DNA of 64,000 nucleotides from Lachnospiraceae bacterium (GCA_017543275.1 JAFYGJ010000014.1:38551-102550), one strand, 5' to 3'. Shown: positions 14,897 to 24,663, counted from the first letter of the stretch. Translations and numbers: made by a program. Notes: generated from the sequence alone by a model not told the origin.

Positions 14897-17649
14897 TGGG
14901 TGTGCTTGCGAAGTTTACGCTGAAAACACTCCTGAAGAACCGGATGCGTACGATCGTGACGCTGATCGGCATCATCCTGTCGATGGCGCTTCTTACGGCC
15001 GTCATTGAAGGCGGTCACAGCGGGTTTACGTATCTTCAGGAGGCGACGGAATATGAAAACGGCAGTTTCTACGGATACTTTTCCGGAATGACCGCGGAGG
15101 ACATTCCGACAGTTGCGGAAATGAAGCATGTGACGAAGACCGGATGGCTTTCGGAACTGGGCTGGGCGGAATGCGGCAGCGTGAACACCGGAAAACCATA
15201 TCTTCTGGTCACGACGCTCGGAGAAGGATCCGAGGACCTTGCAGGCGTACGGATCGTGGAAGGCCGGCTTCCCGAAAATGATTCGGAACTGGTGGTTCCC
15301 CGGCATCTGCAGTCTAACGGAGGCGTGAATTACCGGATCGGCGATACCGTGACCCTGAATGTCGGGAAGCGCACGGCATCCGAAACCGTGCTGAATGAAA
15401 CAATCCCCTTGGGCGGAGCCGGAGAGGAATCCATCACGGATACAGAGGAGAAGACCTATACCGTCGTCGGAATCTGCAACCGCCTGAGCTTCGATGTCGA
15501 ATACATGAACTGTCCGGGGTATACCGCGTTCACAAGAGGAGAGCCTTCGGACAATACAAGGATCTTCTTCCGCCTGGATTCCGCCCGGAATTACAACAGC
15601 TTTGTATCGGAACACGTCATTGCGGAACACCCGATTCAATCGAATGGAATGCTTCTTGCTTTCTCCGGTTCTGTAGCAGACGGCGGTCTTCAGGTCGTGT
15701 TCTACGGCTTTGTCGCGATTCTTGTGATCCTGATTGCCATGGGATCGATTGCTCTGATCTATAACTCCTTTTCCATTTCGGTTGCAGAACGGACGAAACA
15801 GTACGGAATCCTGAAGTCTATCGGCGCAACCGGACGACAGATCAGAAGGACGGTTTTCTTCGAAGCGCTCGTCCTCTCCGTGATCGCAATCCCCATCGGA
15901 CTTCTTGTGGGATGTGTCGGAATCGGGACAACACTGTACTTCCTGCGTGACGCATTCAAAACGATGTTTGACCCGCAAGCTCCCGCTGTCATGCACCTCG
16001 TGCTGAACCCGAAGGCGCTTCTTCTGGCATCGCTCTGCTGTCTTCTGACGGTACTGATTTCGGCCTTCATCCCCGCGCGCCGCGCGCTCAGTGTATCTCC
16101 GATCATGGCAATCCGCGAGAACACGGCTGTTAAGATCCGTGCGAAAGCGGTCAGAACCTCCCGGCTTACACAGAAGCTGTTCGGTTTTGAAGGAACCATG
16201 GCCGCCAAGAACTTTAAGCGTGACAAGCGGCGCTACCGTGCGACGGTCGTATCGCTTTCCCTGAGCATCGTGCTCTTTATTTCCGCGTCCAGCTTTACAA
16301 GCTACCTGAAACAGTCTGCGGAAGGGATTGATTCCCTTGATTATGCGGCGGATATTATCTATACAAGAAGCGCTCCGCCTGATTCGGAAGAACTTGCCGC
16401 ACAGATGCAGATGGTCTCCGGAATTGACGGCGTGACGGACTGCAGCCTGATGCTGTACTATGCCGGCCATCAGACCGAGTTTGACCGCTCCATTCTTTCG
16501 GACAGTTTCCTGAACAATCCCTATGAGGATTTTTCGGAGCAGGCCGAGCCGGAAAAAGTGAAATATTATCTGCCGATTGCGCTGATTGACGATGAGCATT
16601 TCGCGGAATATGCGAAAGCCTGCGGAACTTCCGCGGAAAAACTTTCGGAGAACGGAGCCCGGGGAATCCTGTACAATTCGGTTACGACACATTATTTTGC
16701 AAACGGAAAACGCCGGTTCTACAGCTTTGACCTGCTGAAAAAACAGTCTGTACCGACGGCCATCCACAGCTGGAAAGTTCGCGAAATCGAAGGCTACATC
16801 ATTGTTTCCTATGGTAATGGCAGCGAGACAGTTCCGGGACAGACAGATCCATCGCAGGTTGTTTATTATCCGACAGACTATCTGGACACACTGTATTCCG
16901 AGGGGAAAGGCAATGACCAGGCGGATCCCGAATATGCACTTGTAATGAGCCGGGAAGAGGCGTCAGTGAGCATGGATTTTACGGTCGGCTGCCTGTCCGA
17001 TTTTCTGCCTCTTGGGGGATTCAGCAATAATCAGCCCTTCCTGATATATCCGCTCTCCCAGCTTCAGGAAGTCATTCCGGAGGAGCTTCTCAGAGACGAT
17101 GTTCATACCGCAATTGCGATCCGTTCCGTGAGTCACCAGGCGACGGCAGACAAGCTTACCACCACCCTTCGGGATCGAGGCGTAACCAACACCTACGTGT
17201 ATGACGCCGCAGCTTCCCGGGAATCAACGCGCATGGCAATCCTCGTGATTAACGTTTTTTCTTATGGATTCATTATCCTGATCTCGCTGATCGCGACGGC
17301 AAACGTATTCAACACGATTTCGACGAATATCCTTTTGCGGCGCAGGGAGTTCGCGATGCTGAAATCGGTCGGTCTTGCGGAATCGGGTCTTCGGAAGATG
17401 CTGAATTACGAGTGCCTGATTTACGGTCTGAAAGGACTTCTTTTCGGCTTCCCGGCAGCAGTTTTGATGACTTATGTGATCTACCGGATTACGAACATCA
17501 GCTTCGAAATTGATTTCTACATTCCCTGGCAGAGCATTGTGATCGCGGTCGGCTCCGTCTTCCTTGTGGTCTTTGCGACAATGCTCTATGCCCGCCGCAA
17601 ACTCCGCCGCGACAACCCGATCGATGCCCTGAAACTGGAGATGCTGTAA
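14896..17649 (+). CDS. FtsX/MacB-type ABC permease, tandem-duplicated (917 aa: two modules, each TM + large extracytoplasmic domain + 3 TM)
   Basis: ATGA overlap with the ATPase gene. There are two FtsX-like TM bundles at about aa 265-400 and 785-905, each preceded by a single TM helix and a long soluble domain. Confidence 0.85.
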   Translation: MGVLAKFTLKTLLKNRMRTIVTLIGIILSMALLTAVIEGGHSGFTYLQEATEYENGSFYGYFSGMTAEDIPTVAEMKHVTKTGWLSELGWAECGSVNTGKPYLLVTTLGEGSEDLAGVRIVEGRLPENDSELVVPRHLQSNGGVNYRIGDTVTLNVGKRTASETVLNETIPLGGAGEESITDTEEKTYTVVGICNRLSFDVEYMNCPGYTAFTRGEPSDNTRIFFRLDSARNYNSFVSEHVIAEHPIQSNGMLLAFSGSVADGGLQVVFYGFVAILVILIAMGSIALIYNSFSISVAERTKQYGILKSIGATGRQIRRTVFFEALVLSVIAIPIGLLVGCVGIGTTLYFLRDAFKTMFDPQAPAVMHLVLNPKALLLASLCCLLTVLISAFIPARRALSVSPIMAIRENTAVKIRAKAVRTSRLTQKLFGFEGTMAAKNFKRDKRRYRATVVSLSLSIVLFISASSFTSYLKQSAEGIDSLDYAADIIYTRSAPPDSEELAAQMQMVSGIDGVTDCSLMLYYAGHQTEFDRSILSDSFLNNPYEDFSEQAEPEKVKYYLPIALIDDEHFAEYAKACGTSAEKLSENGARGILYNSVTTHYFANGKRRFYSFDLLKKQSVPTAIHSWKVREIEGYIIVSYGNGSETVPGQTDPSQVVYYPTDYLDTLYSEGKGNDQADPEYALVMSREEASVSMDFTVGCLSDFLPLGGFSNNQPFLIYPLSQLQEVIPEELLRDDVHTAIAIRSVSHQATADKLTTTLRDRGVTNTYVYDAAASRESTRMAILVINVFSYGFIILISLIATANVFNTISTNILLRRREFAMLKSVGLAESGLRKMLNYECLIYGLKGLLFGFPAAVLMTYVIYRITNISFEIDFYIPWQSIVIAVGSVFLVVFATMLYARRKLRRDNPIDALKLEML

Positions 17650-17670
17650 CCCCGCATCTGCCGCCACTCC

Positions 17671-17954
17671 CCGAAGGACAGGCTCTGCGTGCCTCATGCT
17701 GTCTGTTCTCACTAGAGCTCACGCGGTACGTAACACTAAAGACCTTCCGGACCCCTGGTGCGGTGAACTCGCGCAAATTAGGAAGAAACACGATTCAGTA
17801 TGAGAAACCGTGTGCGGTTTCCATACTGAATCGTGTTTCTTATTAGCGCTCAAACAGCACGCACAATCCGGGGTCCGGAAGGCCAAGTGTTAGGGTGCCG
17901 CTTGCCGCAAATCGTTCGAACAGACAGCATGAGACCTTCAAGCCTGTCCTTCGG
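17671..17954. repeat. Long imperfect palindrome (about 284 nt) immediately downstream of the permease gene
   Basis: CCGAAGGACAGGCT (17671-17684) pairs with AGCCTGTCCTTCGG (17941-17954). CTCATGCTGTCTGTTC pairs with GAACAGACAGCATGAG, and CCTTCCGGACCCC with GGGGTCCGGAAGG. The core hairpin AAGAAACACGATTCAGTATG...CATACTGAATCGTGTTTCTT is centred at 17812/17813. Confidence 0.85.
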
Positions 17955-18066
17955 TGTGCGGCACCGAATATATGCGCGGCGGACGGGGTCGGAGGAATAA
18001 AAGCGGTAGCATTTTCCAGGGAACTGTGTTACAATAGGCGAAACGAATGAGACCGTGGGAGAAAGT

Positions 18067-18885
18067 ATGGTCAGGATTGTCATTGCCGCGCATAAAACAG
18101 CCAGGCTGCCGGAAGGGGCATGCTACCTTCCGGTCTTTGTCGGTGCGGCGCTGCATCAGGGCGAGGACAACCTGCCGCCGTACTGCAGGGATGATCAGGG
18201 AGAGAATATCTCAGAGAAGAATCCGCTGTACTGTGAACTCACGGGACTGTATTATGCCTGGAAAAACCTGGGCTGCGATGCGCTTGGACTCGTTCATTAC
18301 CGGCGGTATTTTGCGGGGAAGGATAAAGCTTCGGCAAAGGGAGCGGAAAAGGACTTTCAGCGGATTCTCCGGTCGGAAGAGCTGGAGAAAATCCTGGAAG
18401 AAAAGGACCTGATTCTGCCGAAGAAGCAGAATTATTATATCGAGACGCTGTATTCACACTATGCGCATACGCATGACGGAGCCCAGCTGCAGCTGACAAG
18501 ACAGATCATTCAGGAAGAGTGCCCCGAATATCTGCGGTCCTTTGACCGGATCATGCGGGAGCGATCGGCCCATATGTTCAACATGATGGTCATGAAGGAG
18601 CCGTTTCTTTCAGAATACTGCAGCTGGCTCTTTGCGATACTCGGGAAACTCGAGCAGCGTTTCAGCCTGGAGGAACAGTCCGCTTACCAGCGGCGCTATA
18701 TCGGCCGGATCGCGGAGATTCTGCTGAATGTCTGGCTGGATCGGGAAGTGGAGCTCGGCCGGATCAATCAAGACCGAATCGAAGTGCTCCCGCTCGTGTA
18801 TCTCGGGAAAGTAAACTGGTTCAAAAAGGGGAGTGCCTTTTTGCGGGCGAAATTCCTGCATAAACGCTATAAGGAGAGCTTCTGA
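18067..18885 (+). CDS. DUF4422-family protein (putative exopolysaccharide glycosyltransferase)
   Basis: MVRIVIAAHK...YCELTGLYYAWKN...GLVHYRRYF matches the DUF4422 pattern as I remember it. ATG 18067 follows GGGAGAAAG. Confidence 0.7.
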   Translation: MVRIVIAAHKTARLPEGACYLPVFVGAALHQGEDNLPPYCRDDQGENISEKNPLYCELTGLYYAWKNLGCDALGLVHYRRYFAGKDKASAKGAEKDFQRILRSEELEKILEEKDLILPKKQNYYIETLYSHYAHTHDGAQLQLTRQIIQEECPEYLRSFDRIMRERSAHMFNMMVMKEPFLSEYCSWLFAILGKLEQRFSLEEQSAYQRRYIGRIAEILLNVWLDREVELGRINQDRIEVLPLVYLGKVNWFKKGSAFLRAKFLHKRYKESF

Positions 18886-18887
18886 CT

Positions 18888-19775
18888 GTGAGAAATACCG
18901 CCGCAGTTGTCGTGACCTACAACCGAAAAGAGCTGCTCAGTTCCTGCATTTCGTGCCTTCTTTCACAGGAATATCCCTGTGATATTCTGATTATCGATAA
19001 TGCGAGTACGGATGGGACGGAGGAAATGCTTCAGCCGCTGATTGACGCGGGGAAGATCCGTTACCACAATACCGGCGAAAACCTCGGCGGAGCAGGCGGT
19101 TTTGCGGAAGGGATGAAAACGGCGCTGAAGATGGGCTATGAATATCTCTGGCTCATGGATGACGATACGGAAGTTCACACGGATGCGCTGAAAGAACTGT
19201 TTGACGCAGACCGGCGCCTTGGAGGCGCATACGGCTTCCTTTCCGGTGTTGCTTATTTCCGGAAAACCGATGAACCATGCCGGATGAATATCCAGCGGAC
19301 AGACTGGCATACGAAGGTCAGCGATTACGAATCGCCGGAAGTACCTGTCGTCATGGCAACCTTTGTTTCCTTCTTCGTGAAAGCGGAAACGGTGCGGCGC
19401 TTCGGCCTTCCGATCCGGGAGTTTTTCATCTGGGCGGACGATCTGGAATATTCACGGCGGATTTCAAGGGAACTTCCCTGCTACATGGTTCCCGCAAGCC
19501 GGGCCGACCACATGATGAAAAGCAATGAAAAGGTCGGAATCGAGCAGGAATCGGAGGACCGGCTGTGGCGCTACCGCTGTCTTTATCGGAACGAGCGGTA
19601 TCTGTACCGCCGGGAAGGCATGGCAGGACGCTTTTACCTTCTGCTGCGGATCTGTTACCACAGTTATAAAGTGCTGGCGCATGCAGAGTCCGGGAAAGCG
19701 GAGAAACTGAAGACCATCTGGCGTTCGTACCGGGACGGACGGCATTTCCATCCGGTGACAGAATATCCGGACTGA
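18888..19775 (+). CDS. Family 2 glycosyltransferase
   Basis: GTG 18888 follows AAGGAGAG. VVTYNRKELL...ILIIDNASTDGT...WLMDDD are GT2 hallmarks. Confidence 0.85.
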   Translation: MRNTAAVVVTYNRKELLSSCISCLLSQEYPCDILIIDNASTDGTEEMLQPLIDAGKIRYHNTGENLGGAGGFAEGMKTALKMGYEYLWLMDDDTEVHTDALKELFDADRRLGGAYGFLSGVAYFRKTDEPCRMNIQRTDWHTKVSDYESPEVPVVMATFVSFFVKAETVRRFGLPIREFFIWADDLEYSRRISRELPCYMVPASRADHMMKSNEKVGIEQESEDRLWRYRCLYRNERYLYRREGMAGRFYLLLRICYHSYKVLAHAESGKAEKLKTIWRSYRDGRHFHPVTEYPD

Positions 19776-19853
19776 GAAATATCCGGGAGAATCAGGCCAA
19801 GACTATTGGCTTCAACATGACTTTATTAATACAGGTGTATTCGGGGACTGTTC

Positions 19854-21335
19854 ATGAAGAAAGAGAAGAACCTCAAACTGAACGCGGTGATGAATGCGGT
19901 TCTTACCATGTCTTCGTTCCTGTTTTCTCTGATCACCTATCCTTATGTGGCGCGCGTACTGGGACCTGCGGGGACCGGCCGCGTGCTTTTTGTGCATTCC
20001 CTGACTACCTATTTCAACATGTTCGCACAGCTCGGAATCCCGGTCTACGGCGTCCGGGCCTGTGCCGCAGTGCGGGACAATAAAGAGGAACTGTCGAAAA
20101 CTGCCCAGGAGCTGCTGCTTCTGAACCTGATCATGAGCCTGTTTTCCTTCCTGTTACTCGGGGCAGGCATTCTGGCCATCCCAAGGCTCCGGGACGAGAA
20201 AACGCTGATCATTCTGATGAGCTCCTGCCTTGTACTGTCCATGATCGGCATGGAATGGCTGTTCATGGCTGTCGAGGACTATACTTTCATGGCAGTCCGC
20301 TCGGTGGCGGTCAAGCTCTTGGCACTGGTGCTGATGTTTCTGATGGTCCGCTCAGAGTCGCATGTTCTTCGCTACGGCCTGATCCTGACGCTGGCGCTCT
20401 ACGGACACTTCTTCCTGAATTTCCTCTCGATCCGCCGTTATATCCGGCTGAAACCGGTAAAAGGGCTTTCGATCCGGCGGCACCTCCGCCCGGTCATGAC
20501 ATTTTTCCTGATGTCTTTTGCCGTGACAATTTATACCAATCTGGACACCCTGATGCTCGGCTTTATGAAGGGCGATACCGAGACCGGCTATTACGGGACG
20601 GCTGCGAAGATCAAAACCGCACTGTCGGCGATGGTCACCTCCCTTGGGGCAGTGCTGCTGCCGCGTGCTTCCTATTATGTGGAACAGAAACGCTTTGAAG
20701 AGTTCCGGACCATGAGCCGCCGCGCACTTGGTGTTGTGTTTCTGATTGCACCGGCTGCCGCGCTGTATTTTTTCCTGTATGCACGGCAAAGCGTCATCCT
20801 GATCGCCGGGGAAGAGTTCCTGCCGGGCACAGCATCCCTTCAGATCCTGATGCCGACACTGCTTTTGATCGGTCTTACGAACATCCTCGGCATGCAGATT
20901 CTGGTCCCGCTGAAGCGGGAAAAAGCTGTGTTCCTGTCGGAAGTCATCGGGGCGGGAACGGATCTTGTGCTGAATCTTCTGTTGATTCCACGATTTGGAG
21001 CGGCCGGCGCTGCGATCGGAACACTTGCGGCAGAACTTGCGGTACTTGTTGTGCAGGCATGGGCGCTTCGGACAGAACTGAAATCGCTTTTTTCCGGCAT
21101 TCCGTACCTTCGGATTCTGCTGGCGCTTATTTTGTCAGGCGCGCTTGCCTGGGGCTTCCGGTATTTTTCGTGGAGGAATATTCTGATCCTTGCCGCTTCT
21201 GCTGCAGTATTCTTTGCGTCGGACTTCCTGCTTTTATACCTGCTGCGCGTTCCGGCACTTCGGGAGATCATTTCCGGTCTTTCCGCGAGGCTTTTCCATA
21301 AAAATCCCCCCGAAGAGGAGAATAAGGACAGCTAA
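19854..21335 (+). CDS. Wzx-like oligosaccharide flippase (MOP superfamily polysaccharide biosynthesis protein)
   Basis: A 493-aa protein with about 12-14 TM helices. Its N-terminus, KLNAVMNAVLTMSSFLFSLITYPYVARVLGPAGTGRV, is typical of this family. Confidence 0.8.
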   Translation: MKKEKNLKLNAVMNAVLTMSSFLFSLITYPYVARVLGPAGTGRVLFVHSLTTYFNMFAQLGIPVYGVRACAAVRDNKEELSKTAQELLLLNLIMSLFSFLLLGAGILAIPRLRDEKTLIILMSSCLVLSMIGMEWLFMAVEDYTFMAVRSVAVKLLALVLMFLMVRSESHVLRYGLILTLALYGHFFLNFLSIRRYIRLKPVKGLSIRRHLRPVMTFFLMSFAVTIYTNLDTLMLGFMKGDTETGYYGTAAKIKTALSAMVTSLGAVLLPRASYYVEQKRFEEFRTMSRRALGVVFLIAPAAALYFFLYARQSVILIAGEEFLPGTASLQILMPTLLLIGLTNILGMQILVPLKREKAVFLSEVIGAGTDLVLNLLLIPRFGAAGAAIGTLAAELAVLVVQAWALRTELKSLFSGIPYLRILLALILSGALAWGFRYFSWRNILILAASAAVFFASDFLLLYLLRVPALREIISGLSARLFHKNPPEEENKDS

Positions 21336-21456
21336 TCCGTCGGTTTTCCTGCTTTACCTTTTTGGAAAAGCGCGTTATACTATAAACTGTAAAAAGCCAT
21401 GAAACAGACGGGCAGGCGGAAGCCGCACCCGTCAGCACTGAGAAAGGAAGGTTACT

Positions 21457-22458
21457 ATGGGACCCGGAGAAGTATTTGGCATTATTCTTGCCATTGCGCT
21501 TATCATCTTTATCCTGATTGTGATTTTCAGGAATATCATTATCGTACCGCAGGCAATGTCCTTTGTTGTGGAACGTCTCGGCAAGTACAGGAAGACCTGG
21601 GAGGCCGGCCTGCATCTGAAAATACCGATCATTGAGCGTGTCGCGAAGCGGGCGTCTCTGAAGGAGCAGGTGCTGGATACGCCGCCGCAGCCCGTGATCA
21701 CGAAGGATAATGTTACAATCCAGATCGACTCGGTCGTATATTTCCATATCTTTGACGCGAAACTGTTTGCATACGGTGCACATGACCCGGTCGTCGCGCT
21801 TGAGAACCTGTCGGCAACAACCCTTCGTAACATTGTCGGTGAGCTGACGCTCGACGAATCCCTCACCTCGCGTGATACGATCAACGGCCGTCTGACGCAG
21901 ACACTCGATGAAGCGACAGACCGCTGGGGCATCAAGGTCGAGCGCGTGGAGCTGAAAAACATCATTCCGCCCGCGGAAATCCGCGCATCAATGGAAAAGG
22001 AAATGAAGGCGGAACGTGAGCGCCGGCAGACTGTTCTTGAGGCGGAAGGCCACAAGCAGGCGGTCATCACGAGAGCCGAGGGCGATAAGCAGGCCATCGT
22101 TTTGGCCGCGGAAGGCGAACGTGACGCGCGGATTGCGAGGGCGCAGGGTGAAGCGCAGGCCATTTACCTTGCGAAGAAGGCGGAAGCAGACGGCATCAAG
22201 GAACTGCTGAACGCCCAGATTGACGAGCGTGTTCTGGAGCTGAAGCGCTATGAAGCCATGGTGAAGGTGGCGGACGGCCATTCGGCCAAGATCATCATTC
22301 CGACAGATATGGTTTCAAGTGTGAAAAATGCAGTAATGTTCTCGGAAATGACCGGTCTGGGCGATACGACGAAGAGCCGTGAGAAAGAACCGGAACCGGC
22401 TTACGTAGACCCCTGCTGTGACGAAGATCAGATTGTCATTCCCGGCAGCGTGAAGTAA
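21457..22458 (+). CDS. SPFH/band-7 (stomatin-like) protein
   Basis: An N-terminal TM helix is followed by an SPFH core (IIVPQAMSFVVERLGKY...ITKDNVTIQIDSVVYF...LRNIVGELTLDE) and a coiled-coil tail. Confidence 0.9.
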   Translation: MGPGEVFGIILAIALIIFILIVIFRNIIIVPQAMSFVVERLGKYRKTWEAGLHLKIPIIERVAKRASLKEQVLDTPPQPVITKDNVTIQIDSVVYFHIFDAKLFAYGAHDPVVALENLSATTLRNIVGELTLDESLTSRDTINGRLTQTLDEATDRWGIKVERVELKNIIPPAEIRASMEKEMKAERERRQTVLEAEGHKQAVITRAEGDKQAIVLAAEGERDARIARAQGEAQAIYLAKKAEADGIKELLNAQIDERVLELKRYEAMVKVADGHSAKIIIPTDMVSSVKNAVMFSEMTGLGDTTKSREKEPEPAYVDPCCDEDQIVIPGSVK

Positions 22459-22486
22459 TCCTCAAAAACCAAAAAAAGAATCATAA

Positions 22487-22551
22487 AGAAAACACCTTCT
22501 TCAAAACAGTGGCGAGATTTGTGCTGCCGCTGAAAAGAGAAGGTGTTTTCT
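22487..22551. terminator. Hairpin between convergent genes, probably a bidirectional terminator
   Basis: AGAAAACACCTTCT (22487-22500) pairs with AGAAGGTGTTTTCT (22538-22551). A-rich and T-rich runs flank the hairpin on both strands. Confidence 0.55.
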
Positions 22552-22595
22552 GATTTACAGAGATTAACGGATCCGGGGTCTGTCCCCGTGAAATA

Positions 22596-23585
22596 TTACT
22601 CTTTCTGCAGGTATTTTTTGAGCCAGACGCCGGAATCGGAGAGGTCGTCATCCGTGAAACCGGAGGTCTTGTTGCATTCCGGTTTGATGAGCGCGCAGGT
22701 CTCGTCTTTATTGGAGAGGTTCCAGCAGCAGGAGCTGATGTGATACTCATCAAGGAAAGCGGTCCAGTTGTCGCCTTCCTCAGTGTTCGCAATGCCCTTG
22801 CCGGAGGAGTCGGAGATGCCGTACTCGGTGACGAAGATCGGGATGCCTTTATTCATGGCGTCGATTGCGTCATTACGAAGCGACTGCTTGTGCGTTTCCG
22901 CATAGAAATGGAGCGTGTACATGACGTTTTCAAACTCCAGCGGATTGTAGGTCGGAGCCTGGACGAGTTTGGACCAGCTCGGAGTTCCGACGATTACAAT
23001 GCTGTCCGGATCATTTTTGCGGATAACCGGGATCACTTCTTCGGCGTAGGCCTTGATCACATCCCACTGGCAGTTGTTGGGCTCGTTGCAGATCTCGTAG
23101 AGGACATTGTCGTAGTCCTTGTATTTCTGCGACATTTCGTCAAAGAAGGCAATCGCCTCGTCTTTGTGCAGATTCGGATTGCCGTCCGAGAGGATGTGCC
23201 AGTCGATGAGCGCGTACATGCCCTCCTCCGTGCAGAGTTTTACGCCGGTATCAATCAGTTCCTTCAGCTTTTCCGGGTCACCGTTTTTCGTTGTATAGCC
23301 CATGTTTTCCTGTGTATACATCGCGAGCCGGATGATATCGCAGCCCCATTCCGTATGAAGCTGATGGAAGCATTCTTTGTTGACGTACTGCGGGAACCAG
23401 GCGAGTCCGTGGGTGCTGATGCCCTTCATCTGTACCGGCTCGTTCTTTTCATTGACGAGATTGATGCCCTCCACATGGAGCTTCTGGAACTTCGGCTTAC
23501 CGGAACATCCGCCGAGAACCACCCCGAAGAGCAGCAAAAGAAGAAGCGCTGCAGCAGCCTTTCTCATCATTCCTTTTTTATTCAT
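22596..23585 (-). CDS. Glycoside hydrolase family 5 (endoglucanase-type), lipoprotein
   Basis: Lipobox LGGCSG. GH5 motifs YEICNEP (acid/base Glu), HFY and VTEYG (nucleophile Glu). Confidence 0.9.
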   Translation of the reverse strand: MNKKGMMRKAAAALLLLLLFGVVLGGCSGKPKFQKLHVEGINLVNEKNEPVQMKGISTHGLAWFPQYVNKECFHQLHTEWGCDIIRLAMYTQENMGYTTKNGDPEKLKELIDTGVKLCTEEGMYALIDWHILSDGNPNLHKDEAIAFFDEMSQKYKDYDNVLYEICNEPNNCQWDVIKAYAEEVIPVIRKNDPDSIVIVGTPSWSKLVQAPTYNPLEFENVMYTLHFYAETHKQSLRNDAIDAMNKGIPIFVTEYGISDSSGKGIANTEEGDNWTAFLDEYHISSCCWNLSNKDETCALIKPECNKTSGFTDDDLSDSGVWLKKYLQKE

Positions 23586-23696
23586 AGAAGTCCTTTCCGG
23601 TATGCGGGCGTCATCTGCCCGCCTGCCATCTTGTGTTAATGGTATCTTATCATAAATATCCCGAAAGTCAACCGTTCCGCCGCATGAAACAGGATC

Positions 23697-23726
23697 TTGT
23701 CAAAGCAGTAATTTCTGTGATACAAT
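23697..23726 (+). promoter_or_regulatory. Sigma-A-type promoter upstream of the PfkB-family kinase gene
   Basis: TTGTCA (23697-23702), 18-nt spacer, TACAAT (23721-23726) preceded by TGA (extended -10). Confidence 0.45.
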
Positions 23727-23765
23727 CGAAGCCGAACAGAAAGAAACCCGGAAAGGAAGTACCGC

Positions 23766-24662
23766 ATGATTTACACCGTCACACTGAATCCCTCGCTCGA
23801 TTATTTTGCTTCGGCGGATTCCTTTACAGCAGGAAAAACGAACCGGACGCACAATGAATATATTGTTCCCGGGGGAAAAGGCCTGAATGTATCCATGATG
23901 CTCTCGCGTCTCGGCATGGAAAGTACGGCGATCGCCTTCTCGGCGGGTTTTACCGGCATGGAACTGACGCGGCTTCTTCAGGAGGCAAATGTCAATACGG
24001 AAATGATTGATGCAGGATCAGGCTTCACGAGAATTAACGTAAAGATTAATACCGGAATGATCACGGAATTCAACGGCGCCGGCGTGACGATCTCCGAAAA
24101 GCTTAAAAAAGCGCTGGAAAAGCGCCTGTCGGAATTCACCCCCGGGGACCTTCTGGTCCTGTCCGGGAATCTTCCAAAAGGCGCAAAGCCAACTTTTTAC
24201 CGGGATCTGATGGCGGTGACCAAGGCCCGGGTGATCCTGGATTCCTACGGGGAAGCGCTTCTGTCGGCGCTTTCATACCGGCCCTTCCTGATCAAGCCGA
24301 ATGATGAGGAAATCGAAGGGCTTGCCGGACATCCGGTGAATACGGAGGAGGGTCTCCTCTTCGAAATGCAGAAGCTCCAGCAGCTCGGTGCCCGAAACGT
24401 CATGGTCTCCCTGGGCGGAAAAGGAGCAGTACTCCTTACAGAAACAGGTAAATTCTTCTCCGAGACACCGCCTGAGGTCCCGCCGGGACATCCCTTCAAT
24501 ACAGTCGCAGCCGGAGATTCCATGATCGCGGGCTTTATTGACGCGTATCAGCGGAATGCGGATTACCGCGAGGCGCTTCGCTTTTCGGTCGCAGTCGGAA
24601 CTGCCGCCGCTTACTCGGAGTGGCTTCCGGAGAAGCATTTTATCGAGGAACTGTTTTTGTAA
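23766..24662 (+). CDS. PfkB-family sugar-phosphate kinase (1-phosphofructokinase / tagatose-6-phosphate kinase type)
   Basis: MIYTVTLNPSLDY...GGKGLNV...NTVAAGDSMIAGF is the characteristic 1-PFK/LacC pattern. Confidence 0.85.
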   Translation: MIYTVTLNPSLDYFASADSFTAGKTNRTHNEYIVPGGKGLNVSMMLSRLGMESTAIAFSAGFTGMELTRLLQEANVNTEMIDAGSGFTRINVKINTGMITEFNGAGVTISEKLKKALEKRLSEFTPGDLLVLSGNLPKGAKPTFYRDLMAVTKARVILDSYGEALLSALSYRPFLIKPNDEEIEGLAGHPVNTEEGLLFEMQKLQQLGARNVMVSLGGKGAVLLTETGKFFSETPPEVPPGHPFNTVAAGDSMIAGFIDAYQRNADYREALRFSVAVGTAAAYSEWLPEKHFIEELFL

Positions 24663-24663
24663 A

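Noticed and set aside
14485-16767. A 760-aa stop-free ORF on the minus strand.
   Set aside because: It lies exactly antisense to the ATPase 3' end and the FtsX-type permease gene. Those genes have clear Walker/signature and TM-domain features, RBSs and start-stop coupling. The antisense translation is low-complexity, Arg/His/Gly-rich and has no recognisable motif. It is a shadow ORF of a GC3-rich gene.
22740-23639. A 299-aa + strand ORF.
   Set aside because: It is antisense to the GH5 lipoprotein gene, whose minus-strand translation carries the catalytic NEP/EYG motifs and a lipobox.
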